Positions 1 to 14,392 are shown, counted from the whole stretch's first letter. The stretch is DNA of 58,966 nt, filler included, from Sluysia triapertura (GCA_046118255.1; 5 parts of 5 records of this genome joined end to end with filler, not necessarily neighbours in it); one strand, 5' to 3'. Numbers and translations: made by a program. The notes: generated from the sequence alone by a model not told the origin.

Positions 1-52
<52 letters not shown>
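1..52. repeat. (TAT)n microsatellite
   Basis: Pure TTA/TAT run. Similar tracts at about 15260-15330, 16255-16320, 19670-19730, 21476-21519, 29602-29660, 30014-30061 and 43180-43231. Confidence 0.95.
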
Positions 53-3000
53 GAAATAATTTAAACACAAAGCTCAGTAATAAAATTTCAAAACAAATCT
101 AATTATTAAAATATTTCTTGCTACTTATCAAACAGTAATAGAATACAAATATACTTATTACTGGAAATACTGAAGCACGCGTTCAGCCTCCAATATGTAC
201 TAAATGGTTATTTTATTTTAATAATTATTCGATAAATTTTAAATTACATAAATATTATAATTTCGGAAATTTGATGGATAACTCTACTGTAAAATTGTCT
301 TTGTAATTTTAGAAAAATATCTTAAGATTGCTTTAATTTACAATTTCAATTCAAAAATTTAAATGAACGGTATGTCAATGTACGTTCTGACACATCTAAA
401 TTTGGATAATATTTTCAAATTCAAATAATATTTTAAAATTTAATTAAGATTTTTTTAAGAAAATAAAACAATATTTAAATTTTTAGTAATACAATTTGTG
501 AAAATTATTATGTAGGAATAAAATTTTTGCTTGTGAAAACTAATAATAAATCTATCTATTCAGAACGTGTATTTACGGTGTATTTAAGTTTAGTTTTATT
601 GATAATAAAATGAATATATATGTGGTAATTTTGTGTAAAAAGGGGAACATAGTTAACACATTTCATAAACCGAATAATTGCTTAAAATCACTTTATTTTT
701 GTCGATAGATTCTATTCTAGCTATATGTTATACAAAAATAGCATTATCATTAAATATTGATTTTAACATTCAGTTACTTCATCATCTTAATATATGTACC
801 CATAATGGCAGTCAAGTTCTACTTCAATTTGAAATTAAACTATCCAACAAATTTTTATCATTTTAAAAAGATTTAAAATCTTACTTAAAATCTTCATTTT
901 TTGTGCTAAATTAAAGTTAGTAATAAAATCTGTTTAAAATACTATCATAAATATTAAGAAATAATCTTAAATCTATTATTTGTATTATAATTGCGTTATA
1001 TTATAGTTTTACTCTTTTTCAAGTTTATTTAATTAAGATTTTGCATATTTTTATTTGTAATCCTCTAAGATAATGTACTTTGTAATTGTTGATATTAATT
1101 GTAATAATCTGGATAAAATAAAGAAAGATTAGCAGTGATAGCAACTTATATACATCGCATTTCCTAAATAAAATTAAAACATGAAGAAAAAGTTACATAA
1201 TGTAACAAAAAGTGACTAAAATAATTTAATTCCACATCTAATTTGATTTAAAGATATATCCAGAACAAAGAATACATATACGTATTCTTTGAGTAGATTG
1301 GAGATTTAGCCATCTTGACATATGTTTGTTAAAGAAAGAAAAGTCAAGTAACCAAAGCACTAAAAACAATAAATAGTAAATAAATCGACTTTTTGACGTT
1401 TAATTATTATTGAAGCATATAATTGAAGAAAATTAAATTGCTGAACTTATAAGAAAATCAATAAGACGTAAACATAAAACAAATTTATAATCAAGATACA
1501 CTCTCAGAACGTTATAACTGTAGAATTTTTGGGTAAGATAAAATCCTATAGGAACGTCTCCAGTAAGGGTATAAATCGTTCACTGTAGACGGACTGCAAT
1601 TAAGTATAAAAATCATATTCTCTTTCATTTATTGTTTTCAATGTTTCTAATTAGGTTCAAATGCAAGGATGCATTTAGCATTAGAATTTACATTTCATTG
1701 AAATTTATCAATTTTTTATCTTTTTAATATTTATAAACTTCAGATTCATTTTATTATCATTATTAATAATTGTTAATCATTTTTTTCAATTAGTTTTCAA
1801 ATGAACAAAACGAATAAAGGTAAGCATTATTTTAAATGAAGTCATACAAAGGTTTAATGTACGACATTTTTATTAAGAATTTGCAACTAATTGAATACAA
1901 TTAAAACATTTTTCTAAATTTACTGCGAATATCAAAACTTAACTTATTTCAGTAGACAAAAACTTTGTTTAATATTGGAATTAAACATTTTAACTTTAGT
2001 TATTTTTGATTTATTAAAAAATTTTCTTGAAATATTCTCTACTATATCCGTAATTATATTATAATTAAATTATGGATGTTTTCTTTGCATTTGGTCAACT
2101 ATATATTGTACTTTACTTTTTCTTTCCTTCAAAAGCTTCTCTTCTTTTAAATAATCTGTGATTATGATGGCTCAAAAAACCTACGGCAAACTTATTATTT
2201 ATTTCGATGATAAATAATAATCATAATAACCATAATAATAAAATATACTATAATAGAAATAATAAAAACATCAAATGTCACTCTTCTTAATACTAAATTA
2301 TTTATTATCTACAAGAAATATTAAGAACTTAGGTAACTTAAAGATTTATAAATTACTGATATGCTTTTGAATTCTACTCTTGCAGTAATTGGTAACCAAT
2401 GTAATTCTTTAAGATAATATGTTATATGAGATCTCTTTTCTTACTTCAGAAATTATTCCTGCTGACTGATTCAAAACGAAATGCAACTTTTGCACTTTTC
2501 GTATGGAATTGAGCATAATAAATAATTATCATAATGTGTTATTAATTATCAATTAGTTTTACCGCATCTAAATAGATTTTAAATACTGAAATAGCTCCTT
2601 ATAAAATTGTTTCTTATAAAATACGCATTATAATTTGTTACTAATAAAATAATAATGCTCAAATATTAAAGACCAAAATTATTCTAATGTTAAAATAATT
2701 TAATGTTTTAATGTCAAACTCAATTATTGAAATCATAGACTTACATAGATGTAATATAAAATCAAAATTTAGTAATAAATAACAGTCATTGTAAATTGAA
2801 AGTATACAGAGTAATCATTTTAAATTGAGATTGAATAAAAATAATATGAAATTAATTTTAAAAGAATAATATTCGATCAAAATCATTCTATTAAATAAAA
2901 TAAAATTATACTAAAATAAGATTAAATAGAAATAATGTGCAATCAAAGTTTAATAGCATTATGATTAACAAAAATTATCTTAAATTGTGAAGGAAAAAAT

Positions 3001-6000
3001 AACAATTCAACATAACCAAATCATTCAGGCTAAAAATTAATTGTGTAAAATGTTAATGATAAACTGTTATGAACTGTAATTATTATTATTAATATATATA
3101 GAATGAATGAATGAAACTATATACGTAAAATAATTATGAATACAATTATTATATGAAAAATTTAATTTAAGAATTATGAACTGTAATAGAATGAAGTGTA
3201 ATTATCAGTAATATATAGAATTTATTATTAATAGATATCAAAAATTTAATGTTATGACATTATTTATATGATTCTATATAAATATAAGTAAAGATTAGCA
3301 CGAACAATAATCTTATGATATTTCTGGAACTAATGATCGAATAATTAAATCATTTGTGGGATTTAATTGGCGAATACAATCATCAGAAACAAAGGCATTT
3401 GCGAAATTTGATTTACAAGCACAATCATCATATTAAATCCATTCAGTGTAGAATAATTTTAGCATATTTATTTCAATGAGAAATACATTTTTATTACTAT
3501 TTATTTTTTATTGATTTCGTTGGAATGATAATCATTTCTTTTGACGAAATTACAATTTTTAGATTGTGTTAATTAATAAACTTTTACTACTTAATTTTAT
3601 TTGTTCATCTTAGAAAATTGAAAACAGTGTATTACAGAATAACTAAATCATGAGTTATAGAGTAAAAGTATAGACTGAAATCAAACTATAGAATCAAGCT
3701 TTACAAAGCAGAACAAAATTTCATAAATCTCGATAAACATAGAAATTTAAATAAATAAAATTGGTAAGACTTTAAAGAATAAACTTTTTAAGCACTTCCA
3801 TCTCAAACAACCGAGACGAGTATAAAATTCGCGAGATTACAGATAGATGTTTCTAATTGAATAAAATAAATGATTTTATTGAATAAAAGGACTTAACGTC
3901 GAGAACAAATTGTCATATTATTAATATTTAAACTACAAACAAGAACCTGTTTATAAAAGATCTTTATAAATCTTTATAAATAGCTTTATAAATGATCTTT
4001 ATAAAAAGATCATTTAATCTTTATTAAATGATCTTTGTTAATTTTCTTAAATTCAAATTCATTAATATTCTTCATATTTGGTTTCTAATTTAATATTTGA
4101 TTTATTAATACTATTTCGTATATTTTTCACTTTTGATGCAAAAAAAGTAATTTGGCGTAATTTTATCATTTTCTAAATGATTTTCATTTTGTTTACCAAA
4201 TAATTTATTTATTATTAAAGTATAAATATTTGTAATATTTGATTTAATGACTTCAAACGACTTATTGTAAAAGTCCACCATTCTCATTCTTATAGCTTGG
4301 AATAAGATAGTGCGCGATTGTATGTATAATTTCTTTGCTTTATCAGTTTTTTAATTCTCCATTTCCTCTCTTTCCAATACATTATTTAATAATCTCCAAA
4401 TTAAACCAAATTGTCTCATTAAAACCACATTTTACAACACTTGTGCATTTTAAAGCTGCAAGCTTATCTAAATAAAATGTCAATTTTTTGTAAGTTTCTA
4501 TTGCGATCTTTAATACCAAACAATTTTTAATCTTAAATTCTACTTTAAAAGTAATAATAATGGTCAAATATATCTAATACCTCATTCATTTTATGTCAAT
4601 GATAATATTGGAATTAATAAATAAATCTATAAATCCAAAATTTATTAAAAATTGATCCACATTCTAAGATTACATTATTATCTATTGTATTTCATACTAC
4701 ATATTTCAAATACAAAATGAAAAAGTATAAACATTAAGTCTTTGTGGATTTTAATTACAAAACAAGAAAAGTAATGCCAATTATCTTATTGTGTATAATT
4801 TTCTAATAAGTACTTACTCAAATCAGTAGCTTAAATATTTAAATTTAGTACTTCCAAATGATTTTATTATTATTTATATATTTAATTATTTTTGTTCTAA
4901 TGTGTAAAATTAGCAAATGAAAAATTTAATTAAATTTGGATTGAATAATGTAACATAATCACTAAAAACTGAATTTAAAATTTAAATATATAAAGAGATT
5001 AGTAAAGTATGAGTTAATTTAGAACAGTAAAAGATGTTTAATATTTAAGAATTTTTAACAATTAAAAACTAAAATGCAAAATAAATCCTAGTTTTAAAAT
5101 GATTAAATCGAAATTAACAAAATATTAAGATCCAGAATGCCTTGTTGAAAATCTTACAAATTCGGTGGATGTAATGAGTAAGAGAAAAATCCGCATTACA
5201 AATTAATTGTATATAAAAATGTCATTTTTTAATGTATACATTATTTAGTTTTACCACTCTCACTTTAGAAAAATGTGAACTTAATGCTTTAAGCTCCACA
5301 TGAGTATTCAAAGCTTAAATATTGCATAAAAAATTCAATTTGATACAGATTAAAAAAAATTTAAGTCGCTGCTTCATAATGTTATCTAAAAAATTTTTAA
5401 ACAATTAGCTGAAAATACTTGTACACCCAAAATTATACATATTCATAAATAATTTATCAATAGTATTATTGCATCGTAAAGTAAAAATTTAAACGATCAT
5501 TTATAACAATATTAAATACAATATTAAACATTTTAATATATATATTTATGATAAAATTAAACTAACAAACTAAATTTACAAAAATATTTAAAATATTAAG
5601 AGTTTTAAACTTAAAATACTTACATATTTTAGTTTTATGTACTTCCAAATTCCGACAGTGATAAAAAACAATCAGTTTTAAAATAACTGAAATTAGGAGA
5701 TGGATTTTAACAACGATATCCATCTTTTTCTGTAATACTTATTATCTCATCATCCATTTCATTTAAATTTAATTAAACTTTGTACTGAATTTGATGAGAT
5801 TAATAATTTAAAACAAATATATTGCTAGGTTAAAGTAACCTTACTAATTGCATATTTTATATTACTATATAGATTAATAAATATACATAATTAAGATTTT
5901 GCCCTTCTGTAAAAATAAAATTAAGGATGACATTCAAAAAATAAATCTTATTTTATTTATTTGTGTGTATTCAAGAAATATTAAACATTAATATTTTAAT

Positions 6001-7096
6001 TAAATAGTTTTCAATTTTTAAAGTTTCATGACTTTTAAAAAAGTTTAATCAATAAGTTAAATCCATAATTTACTTGATTTCTTTGGTACAAGTTCTTTTT
6101 TAAATTAATTTTGATATTTTAATTTTTGTAAAAATTTTGACTAAAAAATACTAGCTTTATTTTTTAAGTTGGCAATACTTTACCGAAGAATAATCTGAAC
6201 AATTTTTAATTATTTAATAAAATTATTATATGTATAAAATACATAAGTACTTAGATTAATTTGTCATAAAATTGTCTCTATTTACGTCCAGTCTTTTCCT
6301 CTCACATTGAATAAAGTTAAGAAAGAGAAATAATAAATAAAATTAGTGAAAAGTGTTGAATGATGGTATTTTTAAACTTGTTGCTATTTTGTATATAATG
6401 GTTATATAAATTGTTCTGAAGTTGGAAATTCGACGTAATTATCGACACATGCTTATTTCTTGGAGTCAATTTTAAGCCAACCAATTTTTATAATTAAAAT
6501 TCAACATTTTGATGAGTTATTTCTATTTAATTAAGAACACCTACTTTCATAAGTGGATATATTTGATTAGATAAGTTTGCCTGTGATCCAAGGCTTATAA
6601 TAAATGGCTTGTTGATATGTGATTTTGGAAAATATTCTTAATGTAATCGGAGGTCAAAGATGATTCTAATTCGTGCAATTCTTTTTTTTAATTCAATTAA
6701 TATTAATATTAAATAGTAGTTCTTTAGGAGTTGATGATTAAACTTTAATAATGATAGTTTAAAATAGTAATTTTGAATATCTATTTAAAATAAGGGTTAA
6801 ATTGATAATATGTTTCAAAATACCTTTATCTCTTTATTCCAATATTTATAATATGGATTCAAATCCACAGTATTTTAAATGGTTAATATAAATACAAAAT
6901 AAACATATATACAATATACAAATATACAATAAGTCAGAGTAAGTCATTTTTTAAATAAATAAATATAATCATTATTTTTCTAAGTTTCATTTTAAATATA
7001 GATGTAAGTTCTCATCATAAAAAGATTACTTTGCAGTTAATATCGAGTAAAGATTTAGTAAAGTTATATTTGTTATGTTTGTTAGACTTCATAAAA

Positions 7097-7169
7097 TGGA
7101 CTGACCTGGGATCGAACCCGGGACCATCACTGCGCAGTTCGATTGCTCTACCACTGAGCTATCAAACCC
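7097..7169 (-). tRNA. tRNA-Ala-derived pseudo-tRNA / Pol III unit, copy 1
   Basis: Minus strand reads GGGTTTGATAGCTCAGTGGTAGAGCAATCGAACTGCGCAGTGATGGTCCCGGGTTCGATCCCAGGTCAGTCCA then TTTT. A box/D arm and B box/T arm resemble eukaryotic tRNA-Ala. The 3' strand has U70 and A73, compatible with the G3:U70 Ala determinant. The anticodon arm is abnormal. Confidence 0.8.
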
Positions 7170-7504
7170 GTCTAACAATTTTATTTTATTATAATCAATT
7201 TTACCAAATGGCACTTAAGGCCTTTTTATCCCCAACATGTTTTTAAAATTAATTCATTGAATTAGCTTTACAAAAATTTAGAATAACTTTTGTGATTGCA
7301 CATAGTTATTGATTTCCATAATTCTTTATAAGATTGTTACGTTATAAAATCATGTGGATAGTTATTCTATAAGTCTCGGATCACAAGCGGTCTCATTAAT
7401 TAATTTTTTCATTTGTGATAGTAAGTTACTTATTTTATGTTTTATTTTATTTTGTACTGCTGGATTTCTTTTAAACTTTTAACTTTAAAATAAATTTAAA
7501 TAAA

Positions 7505-7582
7505 CAAAATAAATTAATATTCAGAGTTCGCTTACAGTATACGACTTACCAACGGTGTATCTGTAAGTAACGTGAAAATAAC
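7505..7582 (-). mobile_element. Repeat family C fragment (short TTAA-ended, piggyBac-like MITE)
   Basis: Reverse complement of 36962-37050 (TCAGAGTTCGCTTACAGTATACGACTTAC vs TCAGAGTCCGTTTACAGTATACGACTTAC). Related to 13258-13315 and 58321-58417. Confidence 0.65.
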
Positions 7583-10328
7583 GGTAAAGTTATTCGTGCA
7601 AGAACGTGCTTCTCTAATGCTTTTATGAGAATATGCTAACAGAGACTCAATGCTTAATCTTATCTGGAGGTAAACTTTATTAATGTCTATTGTAGTGCTA
7701 AGATTCCTTAATAATGGTCGAATTAAGGTTTTATATAAGTTACCTTGAAAATTTTATATTATAATATTTAAAAAGAATTGCTTAAAAACTTTAGTGCTTA
7801 AAATATAATTAAAAATTGTAATTTATTTAGTGATTTTGCGTCGATTCGTTTTGTGGAATCATTACTTGCTAGGATGGTAATTAAATATTAACAATTTTAA
7901 AACTATATAATTAAATTTGAATAAATAATTATGAAGAAAAAGCTTTATTACCAAAATTATACAAAAATTTATAAGAATTATTAATAATAATAATAAATTA
8001 TGGAACTAACTATTTTAGTTAGTTAACTAATAAAATAATTTTAAAAATATATTTTACTAAGGATCCAACATATGATCCAAATGAATTAACTGAATCTACG
8101 TAGATTTTGCTTGTGATATTTTAGAAAATATCAATCTTATTATAATTAAACTAACGTGATTGCTAATAAAAATTTCAGATGAAATTCGATAGATATTCCA
8201 AATAATTGTTGCCAAGATTTTGCTCCGCTCGAAAATTTAAAAATTTGATTGTTTTTGTGATAGTTGTTACGGCTTATGTAGTTGTTTTAGACCGACCTTG
8301 GTCAGACTAAAGCAAACCGAAAAATGTTAAAATAATTTAAAATAATAGCAATCACGTTGAGTTAAATTATATTATTAAATTAAATCAAATTAAAATAAAT
8401 TAAATTAAATTAAAATCTCACTTTAAATATTAATCCAAAATAAAATATTTACAATAGAAATAGAATATAAAATAATTATACAAAATTGTGTCTGCATATA
8501 TAAAATAATCAATATTTATTAAGATCATAAATATAAAAAATGTTCAATATGAAATCATGTGTGCCTCAAAATTAAAATAAAATAGAATATTACATATCAT
8601 GAGTTCAATAAAATCAATAGTTATTGTTTACAATATTTATTTATCAAAAATAGCACGGTAAAAATAAAAGAACCGGCAAAAATCAAAAAAGATTAAAAAA
8701 TATATAAAAACAGAAATAGTTTATACAAACGCAAAGAATTACAAAGTTTTCTTACAGAAAAAAGTTTATTACGATTTATTTGCAAAATTTTACACATCAA
8801 GTGAAGATCCCGGAAAGATTTTTTATTGAATTCTTGGAAATCGATTATCAGAAATTTCATTTGTGAACTGCTACAATTATTCTTTTTAATCAGCATCCAG
8901 TTATGAGTAATAGGTAAGCTATTTCTGTTAAGTTTTTGCGTAGATTTTTCACTTAAGATCGAGTTAAAATACTTCATTTTGAATCCAAGCATTCATCTGG
9001 ATTAAAATCCATTTTAAATTTAAATTTTATAATACGGAGAAATCCTATTATTATATATTATTATATTGATATAAAGTTTGTATAAATTTTCTTTGCTAAT
9101 ATAAAGTTGTGTGTTTTAATAAATTCGTTATTTATTAAAATTAGTAAAACAGTACGATAGAGTTAAATTAAATAATAAGCATACTGTGAAATTATAACGT
9201 TTTGGTATTAGAATTAATTAATTAAGAAAGTTGAAATCGTAAAAATTATAAGAAATATTATTGAATTGATAAATTTTACAAGATTAAAAAAAGTGAGGAT
9301 TCTCAGATTTAATTCATACTTTTACCGAAGTTAATTGGAAATGTTAAACGAAGTTTCTTCGACACTTGACATCCTATGAATTCGTCTTCCGAGAGATATC
9401 AATCGTATATCGCAGGCGAACCCGGAAAATTGATCATATTATAATTGTTGTAGTATTAATAAAAATATGAACATAATAAAGAAAAATATTATTTAATTAT
9501 ACAACCCTTTTTAAGGTGTTGTTAATAAAATACAAATTAATAATTACGCAATCATTCTTAAGGTGTTGCTAACAAAAATGATTGTATACACTTGTTGAAA
9601 TTGCACAACCAACTGAGAACAATCAAACACCATTAAACTATATTAACAACAGGAAAACTAATTAAAATTCTTACAAAGATTTTTATACGTCAAAAACTAT
9701 CATATTAATAATCAGCTTATAAACTTCCTCAACCTCGGTTGGCAATTTTAAGAGATTTTCAAAGTAAGTTACTCAACCTTTCTTAAGGTGTTGCTCGAAA
9801 ATAAAAATGAGTTTAAGTCTATTTTATTGTTCTCTTCTATGCAAATCTAACAATAAAAGATTATTTGGAAAACATGGAATAAAAATGACATCTTCTAAAA
9901 CTTTTTTCCAAAAAACCTTTTATAAAAATTTTATCTTAAAAATTTGTTAAAATTTATGTTAAAACTTACCTATTTATATAAAATTAACCTACTCCATACT
10001 GGAAGATGTCTTCTATTTATTAATTTGATTTATTTAAACACTTTTCTTTGATATTAAATAAAATAAACAAAATTTTATTTTAATTAATTTTTTAAATTTT
10101 ATTTTATTTAAAATAAATATAAAATATTAAAATTTACATTTCAAAATTTTAATAAAGTAATTTTTGAAATTTCTGAAATTTTAGGATTTATATTTTAAAA
10201 GTTAAATTTTATTTTAAATTAAAATTTATTTTATTTATTATAATAAAAATTATAATACAAATTATACGAAAATATAAATTAAGAGTGTACATAAAAATAC
10301 ACTCTGACATTATAGTAATAATTAACAA

Positions 10329-10440
10329 TATGGTGTGCCAGCCATCCGCAGTACCACGCACATGCACAAATTCATACAAAATTCATTCACAATATAAACC
10401 CTATTCAAAACATAATCACCTCATTACATCCAAACCATAA
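10329..10440 (+). mobile_element. Repeat family D, putative gypsy LTR 5' part
   Basis: About 110 bp of clear similarity to the reverse complement of 46790-46903. Starts TATGGTG, where other copies start TGTGGTG/TGTAGTG. Confidence 0.5.
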
Positions 10441-11089
10441 ATTATGTATTAAGTATTTTCCTGCAGAAGTTTTTGATAATATGTCTTACATATTCAGCAT
10501 TAATATGTCTAATATATCAGTATTGCAGAAGCCAACGTCAATCTTAGTGGCGATAGTACAAGGCCAATAATGTCGGTTCAACTTAATGCTACACCTCGAA
10601 AATATCCAGTGAAAAATGCTGTAAATTTGCAACAATATAAATTTTCAAAATTGAATTTAAAATTCGACCTGAGTCAATTTGTTGAGAAAATCTTCCATGA
10701 GATAAACATTGTTCAAAGTAATAAAGATATTTTCAAAGAGCTCATGCATTTCTTTCCGTTTATAACTCATGTTTCTCTTCCTGATGAGGCTCTTACATTA
10801 CCTTGAAATACTAAAGCTTGCAATGTTTTTCATTAATAACTGGTACAAATCATTCTTAGTAAATGTTTATGTTGTGTTTGTCATTATTTTTATAGTAATA
10901 GATGAAGGAATTTATTATTTTTCATTGTATTTTTCAATAATAGCAGGCCTTAAGCCTTACTAGAATCATAAGCTTTTTAAACTCAAGGACTCAATTCCGG
11001 ACCCTGAGTCCCATAACAATAGTAAAATCTTCCTAATTAATAAAGTAAAGCTGAACCTTAAGTTCTTAAACATTAAACTACAGGCCATT

Positions 11090-11232
11090 ACAAATATAAA
11101 GAAGAAGAAAAAGGAATCCGAGTGGTGATGGTGAAAGCATATAGAGCCTCCTAAATGCCTTATAGAGTGCTGGATAATTTTAGAACCTTAATAAAACCTT
11201 TGAACATAAAATAAACATAAAATAGTTTAATT
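11090..11232 (+). mobile_element. Repeat family A, distal fragment
   Basis: GGTGATGGTGAAAGCATATAGAGCCTCCTAAATGCCTTATA matches about 40155-40200 and 41530-41570. Confidence 0.7.
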
Positions 11233-11649
11233 GTGTGAAGTATTATTTTTATATTTTTGTTGCGTCTTTGAAAATTATTTTAAAAAATCACTTTTAATTA
11301 GCTTCAAAAGAATCTCAATTATCTAAGTACTAACTAAATCAAGTTTAAGTTTTCAAAAAATTTCTCTTATTTGATATCAATAATTATTCACCCAAACTCT
11401 TTGAAATCATACCAAAATAACACAATAATTTAATGATTACAAAAGAGTCAAACTACAAATTATTGTTATAAGTCTTTACTAGCAACAATAAAATAACTAA
11501 AAATACAGAATTAACAATAACGTCTCTAAGAGTATCAAGGATATGACAGTCTATATGAAAAATGCAGGAGTGGCGCAACAGACTCTAAAAAATATCAATA
11601 TCCAGAAAGTTTAAAATATTAATGTTGGATAAATATTATATCTTAAAAA

Positions 11650-11841
11650 TGTTGGGATTGTCCAATTATGGTATAAAATATGAGAAAAATGATATAAAAT
11701 AGTTGAAATATCTATAATCATTGAAATGTTTATAATCATTGAAATGTTTATAATCATTAAAATGTTTATAATCATTGAAATGTTTATAATCATTTTGAAA
11801 CCGAAGAATACCTTGGAGTTCCAAAGACCTTTGTATGGCAT
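11650..11841 (+). mobile_element. Repeat family A, start (TGTTGGGATT), truncated by gap
   Basis: Same TGTTGGGATT start as 39718 and 41176. AAGAATACCTTGGAGTTCCAAAGACCT is shared with the 12224-12493 copy. Confidence 0.7.
11713..11794 (+). repeat. 18-bp tandem repeat (TATAATCATTGAAATGTT x ~4.5)
   Basis: Directly visible. It explains the INISMI repeat in the spurious ORF 11611..11841. Confidence 0.9.
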
Positions 11842-11941
11842 NNNNNNNNNNNNNNNNNNNNNNNNNNNNNNNNNNNNNNNNNNNNTTAATTAATTAANNN
11901 NNNNNNNNNNNNNNNNNNNNNNNNNNNNNNNNNNNNNNNNN
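11842..11941. other. Artificial scaffold gap linker (44N-TTAATTAATTAA-44N)
   Basis: Identical 100-nt construct also at 24868-24967, 35873-35972 and 47421-47520. The 12-mer puts stops in all six frames. Confidence 0.95.
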
Positions 11942-12223
11942 TTCTAGAACATTCTAGAAGCTTCTAATCTATTTTTAGAAGCTTATTTTCTATTTTCGAA
12001 ATTCCATTTTCTTTTTTGAAAAAAATAATTTCTTTTTTAGAAAATATTTTCTTTTTTGAAAAATAATTGTTTTTTGAGTAATTTTACAAGTTCATAATTG
12101 ATTTTAAAATATTTTATACGTTTTTAATTAATTTTTTGTCAAATCTAAATATTTTAAATTAATTTTAAGCTATTATTTAATCATTTTTAAATCTTTTTAG
12201 AGGGTTGTGATTGATACCTAACA
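11942..12223 (-). mobile_element. Repeat family B (LTR-like, HSE-bearing), nested in a family A copy
   Basis: Minus strand starts TGTTAGGTATCAATCACAACCC and runs into AGAAGCTTCTAGAATGTTCTAGAA at the gap. Homologous to 46960-47160 and 57586-57780. Confidence 0.75.
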
Positions 12224-12493
12224 GAATCACAAATTCAAAGGTACCTAATGCTTCTAAAGGTTTTCCGATTCAATATCAAGCCTTCACAAGGTCTCAAGAC
12301 TTTAGATAGGTCTTTGGAACTCCAAGGTATTCTTTAGCTGATAACATTATCATAGCTGTTTTAATTTTTATGCATCTTACTTCAGAGCTGCTTATTATGT
12401 TCAATCCATCATTTGGTATTAGTTCTTCCTTCATTTTATAGTTCTATGTGTTTCTCACACATATCCTAATCCAAAGGTTTGGCAATCCTAATA
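12224..12493 (-). mobile_element. Repeat family A, inverted copy
   Basis: Minus strand GAATACCTTGGAGTTCCAAAGACCTATCTAAAGTCTTGAGACCTTGTGAAGGCTTGA matches about 39860-39920 and 41285-41315. Homology stops exactly where family B begins. Confidence 0.75.
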
Positions 12494-13257
12494 TTATTAT
12501 GAATACATTAATGAAAAATTGATGAATTTTGGATTTAAATTTAATAATGGAAAGTGAATGAATACCTAAAAACAACGGCAAAAGTTTTGAGAGACATGAC
12601 ACAACAAAAACAATAAGAGACAACCATTGATCGACTTTACATTCTTTAAAACTCTTATTGAAACAACCATTTTGGTCGAAATTAGAAAATCTTCATCATA
12701 AATATCTGCATGAATCCTGAACAAAAGTTACTCTTCATAGGTGTCTATATGGATTCTGAACATGAACTTGTTCTTATTTCCATTAATTTTTCATTATTTT
12801 AGAACCGTAAGTTTTTGATTTTAAGTTTACCTCTTGCTTAAAGCAAGAGTTAAAGTTTCAGTTAATATAACTAAGAATTTCAAGCTAGATTTAAAATCCT
12901 ACACAAAATCTTCGCCATGATATTAAGAACAAATTCTTATTGTTTAATTTACATTTTTATTTTATTATTATTATACATCTTATTATTATATACACCGTGT
13001 ATTAAAATTGAATTTTAAAAATATATCATTACCTGTGTTAATTTATTCATACAAGTACTTAACCCAAAAGAAAGATTTTTAATTTTTAAAGATAGTCTTA
13101 GAATAATTATTATATCAGATAATCGAGAATTATAGAATTAATAGTATGCCATTAACCTGAAGTTAAGTGATTCTTCAAGTAGAATTAGATAGCAAATAGT
13201 TAAATTGTACGCTAAAAATCATTTACTTTAGATACAATTACATCCACTTTATGTCAT

Positions 13258-13315
13258 AAGTCGTGTGATGTAACGGACCCTGATCAAAAATATTTTGCTA
13301 TAGGTTAAGAGTTAA
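13258..13315 (+). mobile_element. Repeat family C fragment
   Basis: GACCCTGATCAAAAATATTTTGCTATAGGTTAAGAGTTAA vs GACCCTGCTCAAAAATATTTTACCGTCTGTTAAGAGTTAA at 58378-58417. Confidence 0.65.
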
Positions 13316-13620
13316 GAAAAACTCAGAATTTGTTTCGCCAGATTAATGAGTTCAAGAGTCCTTCTAATTGTCAACAATTAAAATTATACTAATTTTCTAC
13401 ATGCTCTTTGATTCTCGTTTCTTCCTGTTATTTTTGATTTTGTTCTGACAATTACAAGTGTTACGATTATTATTATTTGTGATATTTATTTACATAAATT
13501 TGTATTAAAATATATGAATTAACTATAGTTTGCTTTGTGTCTATTGAAGTAAATTGTTGAAATTGCTCAAATGTGGAACTGAAATATGCAGTAAGATTTC
13601 ATACAAAATTATGTAAAAAT

Positions 13621-13865
13621 TGTTGGAGTGAGAAAGATGAAGATGAAAGCATCTATAATTACTTTGGAAATTAAAGAATATCGTGGAGCTTCAAGGACAT
13701 TTGTAAGAACTTAAGGACCATTAAGAGGGCCTGAGACGGGCTTGGAAGACGTTTTGAAGCTTTAAGATACTTCTGAACCTTGAGATAATATAGACCTCAT
13801 TAACCTATACAAACATTCGAGATTTTTGATTAAAATTTTAAAGTATTTGAAATCTTTAAAATATT
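13621..13865 (+). mobile_element. Repeat family A, internal fragment
   Basis: TGTTGGAGTGAGAAAGATGAAGATGAAAGCATCT...GAACCTTGAGATAATATAGACCTCATTAACCT aligns with about 41238-41390. Confidence 0.65.
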
Positions 13866-14392
13866 AAACCCATTAAGTTAAATCTTTTTTCTCGCTTACA
13901 AATTGTTAAGAAAGCAGCAGCAGTAAATTAGAATTATTCTAGAAATTAAGAAATTTAATTCATAGCTAGTTAATTCATAGAAAAATTTTTGTAACACCAT
14001 CCAAGTATATATTGATTTTATTAGTACGAAGTCACTTAATGGAGAAAATGCTAAGCTAATATTTTCTTTAATTTTAATTGATTCTTAAAATATAAAATAG
14101 AGCCTCAAATAATGTAACAGTTAATTATAAAAATGTGAAATATTTTAAAATTTAAAATTTGTTATTTAATAAATTTTAATGTACTAAATTCGTAATAATT
14201 CATATGGCAAGGTCACAAATATTAATTTGTTTTTAATAAGTCAAATCATACTTTTGGTAAATTTATTGATTGCATTTGTGGTTTAATTGCGTTATATTGG
14301 AATTATTTTTTTTATTTTGCAATGTAAATAACTTGTGTTTCTTAAAATGACTATATAATTTTATTTGAAAGATTTTTTTAGTCTTCTATTTA

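Noticed and set aside
678-8992. Short I/L/K/N/F-rich ORFs here and throughout the track (e.g. 678, 4382, 8693, 24398, 47666, 51440, 57441)
   Set aside because: Composition is that expected from random AT-rich DNA and no motif was recognised.
10987-11013. tRNA-Pro primer-binding-site-like TGGGACTCAGGGTCCGGAAT on the minus strand
   Set aside because: It needs gaps to match TGGGGGCTCGTCCGGGAT and is not preceded by a clear LTR end.
11886-11897. TTAATTAATTAA repeated four times in the window
   Set aside because: Always centred in 44N+44N. It is an assembly spacer, not biology.
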